Shown here in pieces: positions 48,365-57,443 of a stretch of 64,000 bases of DNA. This DNA is from Spirochaetia bacterium. Its GTDB lineage: Bacteria; Spirochaetota; Spirochaetia; CADAEX01. The notes below the pieces were generated by a model, which worked only from the letters and a program-made list of their open reading frames with translations, was not told where the DNA came from and did not search any database. The stretch lies in the NCBI GenBank assembly GCA_963662795.1, contig OY759746.1, positions 2,176,001 through 2,240,000 on the forward strand, written 5' to 3'. The first letter of the stretch is position 1. Each line of letters starts with the position of its first letter. The position numbers and the translations under genes were made by a program.

Positions 48365-49561
48365 GTGGCTAAAAAATTATTTGCTCTTGCGGGAGCCGGA
48401 AAAATCTGCGGCTGGGCACTTAGAACTGCGGTAAAAAATTCAGACAAAAATCTTTTTGACAGGATTACAATCGGTGAGTACAACCTTGAAGCTGCAAATG
48501 CGCTTAAGGCTGAGCTTGATGATCCAAGAGTTGATGTCGTAAAAATCGATATCAATGACGAGGCCGATGCAATAAATAAAATGAAGGGGTATGATGTTGT
48601 TCTCGACGGTTCAACAATCAAATTGAACGGTATTTCAACAAGGATTATTGCGCAGGCCGGATGCAGCGGTTTAAATCTTAACGGTTTCGGTGAAGAATAT
48701 AAATACAGCGATATTTTTAAAAAAAACGGCAGGATTCATATTCCCGGTTACGGGATGACACCCGGGCTTACAGATTCGATGGTGAGGGCAGGTGCTGAAA
48801 AACTTGATAAAATTGATACAGTAAGAGTAAGCCACTGTGCGTTCAGGCCTATCGCGTATTCTCCTGCTATTTTTGAAACAACTTCATACGAGTATGATCC
48901 GAACCTTCCAGGCAGGGTTGTTTATGAAGACGGAGAACTTAAGCAGGTTCCCCCGTTTGCACGGGAAAGGCTGATTCCTACCCCTCTTCCATACGGGACA
49001 AATCCTCAGTACATAATCCCCCACTCGGAGGTGCATACTGCAACAGAATATCTTAAAAAAATCGGGAAACCGCCCAGGCTTGTAGAGGTAAGGGGAACCT
49101 GGCCGCAGAAAAACATGAGACTTATTAAAGCTCTTTATGAATGGGGCATAATGAAAAACGAAAAATTCACCTATAACGGTTCAGAAATGAAGATTATGGA
49201 TGTTATCGGCGCTTATCTTCAGCAGAAGGAAGATGGAAAAGTGACAGATCTTTACGGATACTGCCTCTATATCCAGCTGCTTGGAGAAAAGAACGGCAGG
49301 AAGATTGAACAGGTCCTTTATCATACACACCCGAAATCAGATGGTTCGGTTAAAGGCTGGGAAGGGCTTACCGCCTATATCAGGAATGTTGGTTCTCCGA
49401 TGGGTGTCGCTGCTCTGCTTATTGCCCAGGGTAAATCAGCAGGAACAGGTTGTGTAATTCCTGAAGAAGCATTTGATCCCGCGGATGTTTTTGCGGCGCT
49501 TGAGCCGATCGGGATCCGGATTCACCAGTCTGAAAGGGAAATTGCTGATTATAATTATTGA
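48365..49561 (+). CDS. Saccharopine dehydrogenase family oxidoreductase
   Basis: N-terminal AGAGKI Rossmann motif, GYGMTPGLT, HSEV and G.VIPEE. Confidence 0.8.
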   Translation: MAKKLFALAGAGKICGWALRTAVKNSDKNLFDRITIGEYNLEAANALKAELDDPRVDVVKIDINDEADAINKMKGYDVVLDGSTIKLNGISTRIIAQAGCSGLNLNGFGEEYKYSDIFKKNGRIHIPGYGMTPGLTDSMVRAGAEKLDKIDTVRVSHCAFRPIAYSPAIFETTSYEYDPNLPGRVVYEDGELKQVPPFARERLIPTPLPYGTNPQYIIPHSEVHTATEYLKKIGKPPRLVEVRGTWPQKNMRLIKALYEWGIMKNEKFTYNGSEMKIMDVIGAYLQQKEDGKVTDLYGYCLYIQLLGEKNGRKIEQVLYHTHPKSDGSVKGWEGLTAYIRNVGSPMGVAALLIAQGKSAGTGCVIPEEAFDPADVFAALEPIGIRIHQSEREIADYNY

Positions 49562-49607
49562 TATAAGGGAACCTAAGATACTTCTCCCGGAAACTTAATT
49601 TTACCGG

Positions 49608-49642
49608 CCCGGACTGCAGGAAACTGCGATCCGGGTTTTTTT
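49608..49642 (+). terminator. Rho-independent terminator
   Basis: CCCGGActGCAG-GAAA-CTGCgaTCCGGG followed by a T-run. Confidence 0.75.
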
Positions 49643-49708
49643 ATGAGACACAATTTTTTTTAATAAATAAGCTTTATCAGGCTGTCCGGATAAGAGGAAT
49701 CCGGGGTA

Positions 49709-51154
49709 TTACATTACCGGTGAAAGAATTCTTATTGCTGAATTTCTGAATTTTCTGAATATCCCTGTTTTTTGGAGATATGCTCTTGTAACTGTTTCTG
49801 AAAATTCCAGGTCTTTGTAGAAAGAGGTAATCATTTCCCCTGCTATTTCTGAATCATATATAAGGGCGTTTATTTCATAGTTGATATGGAAACTTCTCAT
49901 ATCGAGGTTACAGCTTCCGATTGAGACTATTGTGCCGTCAGCAATAACAATTTTTGAATGCATAAACCCTTTTTTATATAAAAATATATTTACTCCTGCA
50001 TTTAAAAGGGGCTCGAAATAGGTGTGAGCGGCCCAGTATGGAATTAATTTGTCAGGGATACCTGTCATAAGGATATTGACGCTAATGCCGCTTAAAGCCG
50101 CCGTCTCAAGAGCTGTCATTATGCTTTGATCCGGAATAAAATAGGGAGTCTGGATATATATTTCCTTGTTTGCATTGGTAATCATTGTGAAATACATCTG
50201 ATGTATGGAATCCCACCTGGAATCAGCCCCGCTTGTTGCTACCTGAATAGGCATTTCTGTCGCTGCAATAGTATTTTCAGGAAAATATTTTCTGTCGAGA
50301 AGCAGTTCATCACCGCTGTTATACCAGTCTACGAGGAATACAGACTGAAATATACTTACGCTTTCACCTATAAGCCGGATCTGGGTATCTTTCCAGCTTT
50401 CAAACCTCCTGCCGCCGGAAATATATTCGTATCCGACATTCATCCCTCCCGTATATGCAATTTCTCCGTCAATTACGGCAATTTTTCTGTGATTACAGTA
50501 GTTTATTTTGATAATGGCAAAAGGGGCTGCAAGATCAAGATAATACTTGTATTTTATCCCTGCTTTTTTAAGTTCTCTTTTATACTTATAGGAAATCCTT
50601 CCAAAAGAGCCTACTCCGTCAAAAAGAAGTCTTATTTCAACACCTTCAGCTGCTTTCTTCAGCAGAATTTCTTTAATTTCTTCGCCAAGACGGTCCGATG
50701 TCCAGATAAAAAACTCAAGATGTATTGATGATTTTGCATTTTCAAGATCCTTTAATAAATCCCTGAAAAATTCTTCGCCTGTATGGTAGATGCTGCAGTT
50801 ATTTTTCAGAGTCAGAATTGAACTGTTCGAGTTCATCAGGAGGTTCATCAGTTTGTTCTTGTCGTTTTCAGCTTCATCGGACAGGCTTCTTTTTTTTAAA
50901 AAATGTTTCTGGTTTTTAAGTATTGTTTCAAGATGCGTGCTGAAAAGCGTGTCGGGGCTTTGTTTTGTAAGCTTTGTTTTTTTCCAGTTTATTCCAAACA
51001 GGACAAAAGTAAAAAGCCCGATAACCGGAAAAAAAATTATAAGCATTATCCATGAAATTGATACTTCAGGAGGCCTGTTGTCCAGAATAATGATGAAAAC
51101 AGCGATGACTGCATTTATCCAGAATATATAATTCAATATCTGAGCAGGATTCAT
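49709..51154 (-). CDS. cls: Cardiolipin synthase
   Basis: Two N-terminal TMs and two HKD motifs (HRKIAVID, HSKIVIAD). Confidence 0.93.
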   Translation of the reverse strand: MNPAQILNYIFWINAVIAVFIIILDNRPPEVSISWIMLIIFFPVIGLFTFVLFGINWKKTKLTKQSPDTLFSTHLETILKNQKHFLKKRSLSDEAENDKNKLMNLLMNSNSSILTLKNNCSIYHTGEEFFRDLLKDLENAKSSIHLEFFIWTSDRLGEEIKEILLKKAAEGVEIRLLFDGVGSFGRISYKYKRELKKAGIKYKYYLDLAAPFAIIKINYCNHRKIAVIDGEIAYTGGMNVGYEYISGGRRFESWKDTQIRLIGESVSIFQSVFLVDWYNSGDELLLDRKYFPENTIAATEMPIQVATSGADSRWDSIHQMYFTMITNANKEIYIQTPYFIPDQSIMTALETAALSGISVNILMTGIPDKLIPYWAAHTYFEPLLNAGVNIFLYKKGFMHSKIVIADGTIVSIGSCNLDMRSFHINYEINALIYDSEIAGEMITSFYKDLEFSETVTRAYLQKTGIFRKFRNSAIRILSPVM

Positions 51155-51323
51155 GTTAATTCCTTAGAATAAACAAAATATACTACAAAACGTTAAGTAT
51201 TCAAGCATATTTTTATTGTTTAATTGTTTACAAAACAGTAAAAAACTGCTAATTTCTTAAAACCTGTTAACAGGAAATTACTGAATACTAATTATTATTT
51301 AATATAAAGGCAGGAAGTTTCAA

Positions 51324-51512
51324 ATGGCTCGAAGATGTGATATATGCGGAAAAGGTGTTCAAACCGGAAACAATGTCAGCCATGCTCATAATAAAACAAG
51401 AAGAGTGTGGAGACCGAACTTAAGAAAAATCAGGGGATATGTGGAAGGCAAACTCCGATCAGTTAAAATCTGTACAAGCTGTCTTAAAAGCGGCAAAGTA
51501 ACAAAAGTCTGA
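51324..51512 (+). CDS. rpmB: 50S ribosomal protein L28
   Basis: CDICGK...[17 protein letters not shown]...CTSCLK. Confidence 0.97.
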   Translation: MARRCDICGKGVQTGNNVSHAHNKTRRVWRPNLRKIRGYVEGKLRSVKICTSCLKSGKVTKV

Positions 51513-51544
51513 CATATTTTCCGGCAGCTGAATCAATCATTTTT

Positions 51545-52354
51545 TCAAAAATTAATTTTTAATCCGTCCCAGGCAGGTCTCACATGTAAAGGAAGCTCTT
51601 TTTCCAGGGTTTCATGATCTATATTATGGCACATGTGAGTGAGATAAGCTTCTCTGCATCCTGTTTTTTCTATCATTTCAAGCGCCTGGTCAACTGAAAA
51701 GTGGGTGGGGTGCGGCTTGTATCTCAGGGCATCAATTATAAGTATTTCAACTCCTTCAAGTGCCTCAAACGATTCAGGCGGTATATAGCTGCAGTCGGTG
51801 AGATATGCGAGACTTCCTGCCCTGTATCCCAGGATATTATCTTTTCCGTGTTTGATTTTTACCGGTTTTATAATGATCTTATTTTCAGTATTTGTATTGC
51901 AGGCCTGTCCCGGATTGCCATCTGCGGGTCCTGCCTGTACAGTTAATTCTTCATCTTTTATTTCCTTGAATGCCAGTCTTGGTTTACCCCCACCGCTGCC
52001 TGCATCAGCGTTAATATAGCTGAAGCGCTTTTTTACATCGTTTATTGTTTCCGCATTTCCGTAAACAGGTATGGGGTTGTATCTGGAAAGGGGGCGGAGG
52101 TCATCAATTCCATGTATGTGGTCCGCGTGAGAATGAGTGAGGAAAACACAATCCACCTTATTTATTCCTTCCCTCACAGCCTGTAGTCTGAATTCTGTTG
52201 CTGTATCGATCAGAATGGAAGCTGTTCCTGATTCTATCCATACAGAAGCCCTTGTCCGCTTGTTTTTTTGATTCCCTGATTTACATACTGCACAGGCGCA
52301 GCCGATTACCGGAATGCCATGGGATGTTCCTGTCCCCAGAAATGTTAAACGCAT
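51545..52354 (-). CDS. PhnP-like MBL-fold phosphodiesterase
   Basis: LGTGTSHGIPVIGC.C.VC, THSHADHIHGIDD, YLTD and THM.H. Confidence 0.88.
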   Translation of the reverse strand: MRLTFLGTGTSHGIPVIGCACAVCKSGNQKNKRTRASVWIESGTASILIDTATEFRLQAVREGINKVDCVFLTHSHADHIHGIDDLRPLSRYNPIPVYGNAETINDVKKRFSYINADAGSGGGKPRLAFKEIKDEELTVQAGPADGNPGQACNTNTENKIIIKPVKIKHGKDNILGYRAGSLAYLTDCSYIPPESFEALEGVEILIIDALRYKPHPTHFSVDQALEMIEKTGCREAYLTHMCHNIDHETLEKELPLHVRPAWDGLKINF

Positions 52355-52444
52355 AGATAGGTTATAGCAGATTAAGCTCTGTTGTGCATCAATTCTGCTG
52401 CCGGTTTCAGGGGATAAATGACCTGAGTACCTTAATTTTAAAGT

Positions 52445-53968
52445 TCACACATAATAAATATTTTTCCATAAATATTTTCCTTTTTTAACTTCACCTGATT
52501 TTTCAAGATTTACAAGCGCTTCCCGTATCTCATCAGGCTGCCAGGTCTCAAGTGAGCAATAGCTTTCTGAAAATACCTGCCATATTTTTATGATACTGTC
52601 TGATCCGAATCCGGTTAATATCTGTGAAATCTCTTTCCCTGTGAGCTTCCTGTTATTGGCTCTGATAATCTTAATTATTTCATCCGCCCCCGCCGGGGCC
52701 TCAGCTTTTGTGCCGCGGCAGATATCACATCCGCTGCAGTATGGAATTTCATCAGAAAAAAAGGATAGAAGCTTCTCTCTCCTGCAGATTGCTGTGTTTT
52801 TCGCGTAATCAATCATCTGGTTCAGCCTTGAAAGCTGGAATTCTTTTATTTTGCTGTAAGCTGCAGATACATCCGCATCTGTTTTACCCATGGGATTACT
52901 TCCGGCCTGTGCAGATATATTGTATAAAAGAACTGCTTCTGATTGAAGCCCGTCCCTGCCCGCACGTCCTGATTCCTGGAGATAGGCTTCAACTGACCCT
53001 GGCGGGCCCCTGTGGATAACTGTTCTGATGTCAGGTTTGTCTATCCCAAGTCCATATGCACAGGTTGCAGCCAGAATACCGTTTTCAGATGAAAAAAACC
53101 ATTTTTCAATTTTTTCTTTTTCATTTTTCTCAAGCCCCGCGTGATAGAAGTAAACCTCGCTTTTTCCCAGAGATGATCTCAGCATCCTTGCCGTAAGCTC
53201 CGTGTCTGTTCTGCTTGTACAGAATATTACAAGCGGTTTTTTGCCCTTTTCCGCATAGACAGAGGTGTCCCTGTCCATGCAGATTGTCGGAACTACACTG
53301 TAGAAAATATTGCTCCTGTCAGGGCTGCCCGCGATTATGTTGACCTGGTTTTCTCCGAAGATGTACATTCTGATTTTATCGAAAATTGAGGATGTAGCTG
53401 TTGCTGTAAATGCAGTGATGCAGTCGGGTCTAATAATATCAATTATTTCACCTGTTTTTAACAGCGCATCCCTGAATGTCTCTCCCCATTCAGGAATTGT
53501 GTGGGCTTCATCAACGACAATATGGCTGATAACCGGATTACCGTTTTTGTCAGGGGAGAAACATGTTTTTGCAAGAGGATAAAGAGACTCGGGATTTGTG
53601 AGCAAAATCCTGCATTTCCCTGACCTGGCATCCTCAACTGCCTTGTTTTTTTCTGAGCGGTTAAGTGTACCTGTCAGTATTGATACATCGATTCCCGCTT
53701 TTTTAAGTCTTCTTTCCTGGTCCTTAACCAGGCTTAGAAGGGGGGACAATACTATCGTAGGTTTTTCAAGAAGGAGGGCCGGCAGCATGTAGCACAGTGA
53801 TTTTCCATATCCGGTCGGAAGTATTACTATCTGTCCCGGCAGTGCCTCCCCTGTTTTTTCAGCAGCGGAAAGTATATTTGAGATTACAAGGCGCTGGTAC
53901 GGATAAATATAACTGATCCCGAAAAAATCATGGGCAAGTTCATTGAGCCGGTCTTTAACTGAATCCAT
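52445..53968 (-). CDS. RecQ family ATP-dependent DNA helicase
   Basis: PTGYGKS, DEAH, TATA, YHAG, QESGRAGRDG and Zn motif CRR...C..CD.C; no HRDC domain. Confidence 0.92.
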   Translation of the reverse strand: MDSVKDRLNELAHDFFGISYIYPYQRLVISNILSAAEKTGEALPGQIVILPTGYGKSLCYMLPALLLEKPTIVLSPLLSLVKDQERRLKKAGIDVSILTGTLNRSEKNKAVEDARSGKCRILLTNPESLYPLAKTCFSPDKNGNPVISHIVVDEAHTIPEWGETFRDALLKTGEIIDIIRPDCITAFTATATSSIFDKIRMYIFGENQVNIIAGSPDRSNIFYSVVPTICMDRDTSVYAEKGKKPLVIFCTSRTDTELTARMLRSSLGKSEVYFYHAGLEKNEKEKIEKWFFSSENGILAATCAYGLGIDKPDIRTVIHRGPPGSVEAYLQESGRAGRDGLQSEAVLLYNISAQAGSNPMGKTDADVSAAYSKIKEFQLSRLNQMIDYAKNTAICRREKLLSFFSDEIPYCSGCDICRGTKAEAPAGADEIIKIIRANNRKLTGKEISQILTGFGSDSIIKIWQVFSESYCSLETWQPDEIREALVNLEKSGEVKKGKYLWKNIYYV

Positions 53969-54126
53969 ATTTATATTAACATGCAGACAAGTCAAAACAA
54001 TTCATAAGTGCAGTTAAAACAGCTGTCAAAAATGTATTATCTGAATTTTTAAATATGGCGTATAACAGTTCGGTGAAAATATTAACAGTGCAAAAAATCA
54101 TTTTTATCGGCGCCTAAAGATATTTT

Positions 54127-54993
54127 ATGGGGACTATAATTTTGAAAGACAATCTGCTGGATATTTTTAAAAATCTTTTCCTGATAACAGGAGGGTGTGT
54201 TGTTGCTGCAATTGCCCTGAATGGAATCCTCATCCCTCATCAGTTTGTAAGCGGGGGAATAGTAGGTATCTCAATTCTGCTTAATTCTCTTTTTCCTATT
54301 ATTTCGGTTTCAATTTTTAATTTTATCCTGAATATTCCTATTTTCACCGCCGGCTGGATATTTGTAAGGAGACGGTTTTTTCTCTACAGTATTGCCGGTA
54401 TTCTCAGCTATACAATTGCCCTGCATTTTTTACAATTTATAATACCGGTACATGACAAGATACTTGCCGCGATTCTCGCCGGAATAATCTCGGGTATAGG
54501 CGGAGGGATGATCCTTAAGTCCAAGGGATCGGGCGGAGGTCTTGATATCCTTTCTGTTATACTGCTTAAAAAGTTCTCAATCAGGGTAGGGTCAACAATT
54601 CTCGGTTTTAACTCAATAGTACTTGTATTGGCCGGAATCATGTTTTCCATAGATTCGGCCCTTTATACGCTGGTTTATATTTTTGTTACATCAAAAATGA
54701 CGGAAGTTGTCCTTACAGGTCTTACCCAGAGGAAAGTTGTCTTTATCCTTTCAGATAAATGGAGGGACATCAGCGGTAAAATAAGGAAAGACCTTTCAAA
54801 AGGAATAACTGTTTTAAACGGTTCGAGGGCAGCCTCGGGGAAAGAGGCACATGTCCTTTTTACAGTCGCGACAGTCAGGGAATCTGTCAGGATAAAAGAG
54901 ATTGTAAACGAGAAAGATAAAAAAGCGCTTATTGTTATACAGGAAACTGTAGATGTCGCGGGACGGAGGATGGACAGCAGGCCTGACTGGTAA
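54127..54993 (+). CDS. YitT family membrane protein
   Basis: SGGIVG and GSGGGLDIL, with a C-terminal soluble domain. Confidence 0.88.
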   Translation: MGTIILKDNLLDIFKNLFLITGGCVVAAIALNGILIPHQFVSGGIVGISILLNSLFPIISVSIFNFILNIPIFTAGWIFVRRRFFLYSIAGILSYTIALHFLQFIIPVHDKILAAILAGIISGIGGGMILKSKGSGGGLDILSVILLKKFSIRVGSTILGFNSIVLVLAGIMFSIDSALYTLVYIFVTSKMTEVVLTGLTQRKVVFILSDKWRDISGKIRKDLSKGITVLNGSRAASGKEAHVLFTVATVRESVRIKEIVNEKDKKALIVIQETVDVAGRRMDSRPDW

Positions 54994-55064
54994 ATATCAA
55001 AAAAGAGAACTGCGGGGAAAGCAGCATCGGGCCTTAAAAGTAATCAGCTGCAATTCGGGCAGGT

Positions 55065-56621
55065 TTACTTTTTTAATCTAACCTTGTTCCCATCACCTGA
55101 TTCCTTGTCCTGTCCACAGACTGGATAGGGTGTTAAAGCAGATTCAGAAAACCGAAAAACCTGCCTCGACGTCTGCTGTATGGGAGACAGAGTTCCCGGA
55201 CCGCCGACGCATCCACCTGGACAGGCCATTCCTTCCACTAAATCCGGTTGAGATTCCCCCATTTGTATTTTACGAAGCATTTCCCGGCAATCAGAGAGGG
55301 TATCAGCTTTTTCAAACCGGATATCGGTTATCCCGAAATTTTTTTCAGCTGTATTAATGATTGCATTCCCCACACCGCCCGCATTTGCATATCCACGGCC
55401 CAGTGCGCTGGCATCATCTATGGGTTCCTCATTTTTTAAAGCAGTGAGATCTATGCCGAACGCTACGAAAAGCGCTGCAAGCTCTTCAAAAGTCAGAACA
55501 TGGTCAATAAACCCCGACACTTCAGCCGTAATTGCCTCAAATTTTTTGGCTATGCAGGGGCCTATAAATATAACCTTTGCTTCATCATTGGATTCTTTAA
55601 TCTTCCTCGCTGTTTCAACCATGGGCGTATAGCTGTCTGTAATATTCTCCGCCATGTCAGGAAAAAATGCCCGGGCAGCCATCACCCAGGAAGGACAGCA
55701 GGAGGTCCCTAAGAATTTCCCATGGTTATTTCGATACTTTTCTGTTAGCAAAATTGTATCACAATCCGCACCATAGGCTACTTCCATGGCTCTATCAAAG
55801 CCGAGTTTTTCAATACCGGTAAATATCATTTCTGGAGAGACTTTATTTCCGAACTGTCCGGGAAAAGAGGGGGCTACTATGGCATACAGAGGAGACTCGC
55901 GTTTCTTTTCCATTAAGCTGAAAATTACCTGAACTATCTCCGACTTATCTGAAATCGCTCCAAACGGGCAGGAGACAATGCATAAACCGCAGCTGACACA
56001 GATATCATGGTTAATCCTGGCAAAACCTTCATCATCTGAATCAATAGCTTCGACTCCGCATGCTTCCGAACAGGGTCTGACCATTCTTGTTATTGCCGAA
56101 TAAGGACAGACTTGAACACACCTCATACATTTTATGCATTTCTCCTGATCTATGTGGGCTTTTTTCTCAGGAAAGGAGACGGCATTGCGGGGGCAAACTA
56201 TTGAACAGGGATGGGCCATACAGGCCTGACATTTATCAGTGACAATAACTTCGTCTTCCGGGCATTTTTCACAGGCAGCACGGATCACATGAACAAGTGG
56301 CATTTTGATGATTTTTTTACTTGTAAATGCTTTTTCTATTCCCCGGGAGACCGGGATATTGTCTCTTTCCTCGATCAAAGGCAGACCGAATGCCAAACGG
56401 ATTCTCTGTTTTATTATGGAAAGTTCACGATAGGAGCAGCAGCGGTAGGTAGGTTTGCCCATTTCAATAATATTGAATGGAAGAGACTCGATTTCCAAGG
56501 GAGATTTTTCACCCAGGACGAATCGTGTTATTTCCATGAGAAGACGACGGCGTAGGTCTGTTACCGGAGTATAAACTCCCCGCATCCGTTCAAAAGCCCG
56601 TTTGACTCCATATTCCTTCAT
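55065..56621 (-). CDS. Monomeric [FeFe]-hydrogenase (group B-like) with multiple [4Fe-4S] clusters
   Basis: H-cluster motifs TSCCPSW, GPCIAKKFE and EGMACPGGCVGGPG; ferredoxin CxxCxxCxxxC motifs. Confidence 0.9.
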   Translation of the reverse strand: MKEYGVKRAFERMRGVYTPVTDLRRRLLMEITRFVLGEKSPLEIESLPFNIIEMGKPTYRCCSYRELSIIKQRIRLAFGLPLIEERDNIPVSRGIEKAFTSKKIIKMPLVHVIRAACEKCPEDEVIVTDKCQACMAHPCSIVCPRNAVSFPEKKAHIDQEKCIKCMRCVQVCPYSAITRMVRPCSEACGVEAIDSDDEGFARINHDICVSCGLCIVSCPFGAISDKSEIVQVIFSLMEKKRESPLYAIVAPSFPGQFGNKVSPEMIFTGIEKLGFDRAMEVAYGADCDTILLTEKYRNNHGKFLGTSCCPSWVMAARAFFPDMAENITDSYTPMVETARKIKESNDEAKVIFIGPCIAKKFEAITAEVSGFIDHVLTFEELAALFVAFGIDLTALKNEEPIDDASALGRGYANAGGVGNAIINTAEKNFGITDIRFEKADTLSDCREMLRKIQMGESQPDLVEGMACPGGCVGGPGTLSPIQQTSRQVFRFSESALTPYPVCGQDKESGDGNKVRLKK

Positions 56622-56905
56622 GGCTGTGACTCCCGAATTCGCTGTACCCTGCTATGAAGTACATCGAGAATTACTTCGGGTTTTGCCTGTAGATATATAT
56701 CACCATCGATTATAACAACGGGGGAGTTTTGAGAATGCTCACATTTCATCTCAAGACAAGGTGATTCCCTTATGACACAGAATTCCTTGATATCTTCTTC
56801 TGATGACAGTACTTCAAGCAGGTGGGAAGCGCCGCGAAAAGCACAGTATGTACCCATACAAACGGAAACCTGAATCAAAGGCCTGTCAGTCTGGTCATCA
56901 ATCAT
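56618..56905 (-). CDS. Thioredoxin-like [2Fe-2S] ferredoxin (NuoE-like)
   Basis: VCMGTYC...CLEMKC; ATGA-coupled to the hydrogenase gene. Confidence 0.8.
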   Translation of the reverse strand: MIDDQTDRPLIQVSVCMGTYCAFRGASHLLEVLSSEEDIKEFCVIRESPCLEMKCEHSQNSPVVIIDGDIYLQAKPEVILDVLHSRVQRIRESQP

Positions 56906-57097
56906 TTTTACACCATGAATGAGCAGTTTTTTATCATAGGTTAATGGTGAATTATAACTATTTTATTGTCAAGGAAAGATTAATTGTACTTCTTCGAATT
57001 TTTAAAATAACATGAATTGATTAAAAACAGCGGTATTTTGAAAAATTTGAATTCTCCCTGAGGAAATATTACTTTTGATATAACAGCTTAAGGAGCA

Positions 57098-57400
57098 ATG
57101 ATGAGGTATAATATCTTCACTACACTCCCTCCGCCGTTTCTGGAACGTATAGAAAGAGTGAAGGCAGCATTACAGGCAGAAGGGTTAGGTGTACTTTCCA
57201 ACATTGATTTAAAGACAACTATGAAACAATACTCAATCCTGAAATCAGCAACATTGAATTTCAGATGTCTGTAATCCTCAATTCGTTTATAAGGTTTTGG
57301 ACACGGAAGTCTGAATAGAAAACGATGCTGCCCTGCGGTCCCCGGCAGATGAAACCTGAGGTCGCTGAAAGCGGGTCATAGGAGTACTTGTCCAGAAGTA
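57098..57400 (+). pseudogene. DUF302 family remnant
   Basis: AGGAG RBS; ERVKAALQAEGLGVLSNIDLKTT, then CNPQ and MLPC in shifted frames. 3' end approximate. Confidence 0.6.
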
Positions 57401-57443
57401 AAGTACCAAATATGGATAGACTATAAAACAGGAGGATTATAAT

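Noticed and set aside
51545-52354. PhnP-like gene as part of the pbfA phosphonate cluster
   Set aside because: It is separated by cls and rpmB, and this MBL subfamily commonly occurs outside C-P lyase operons.
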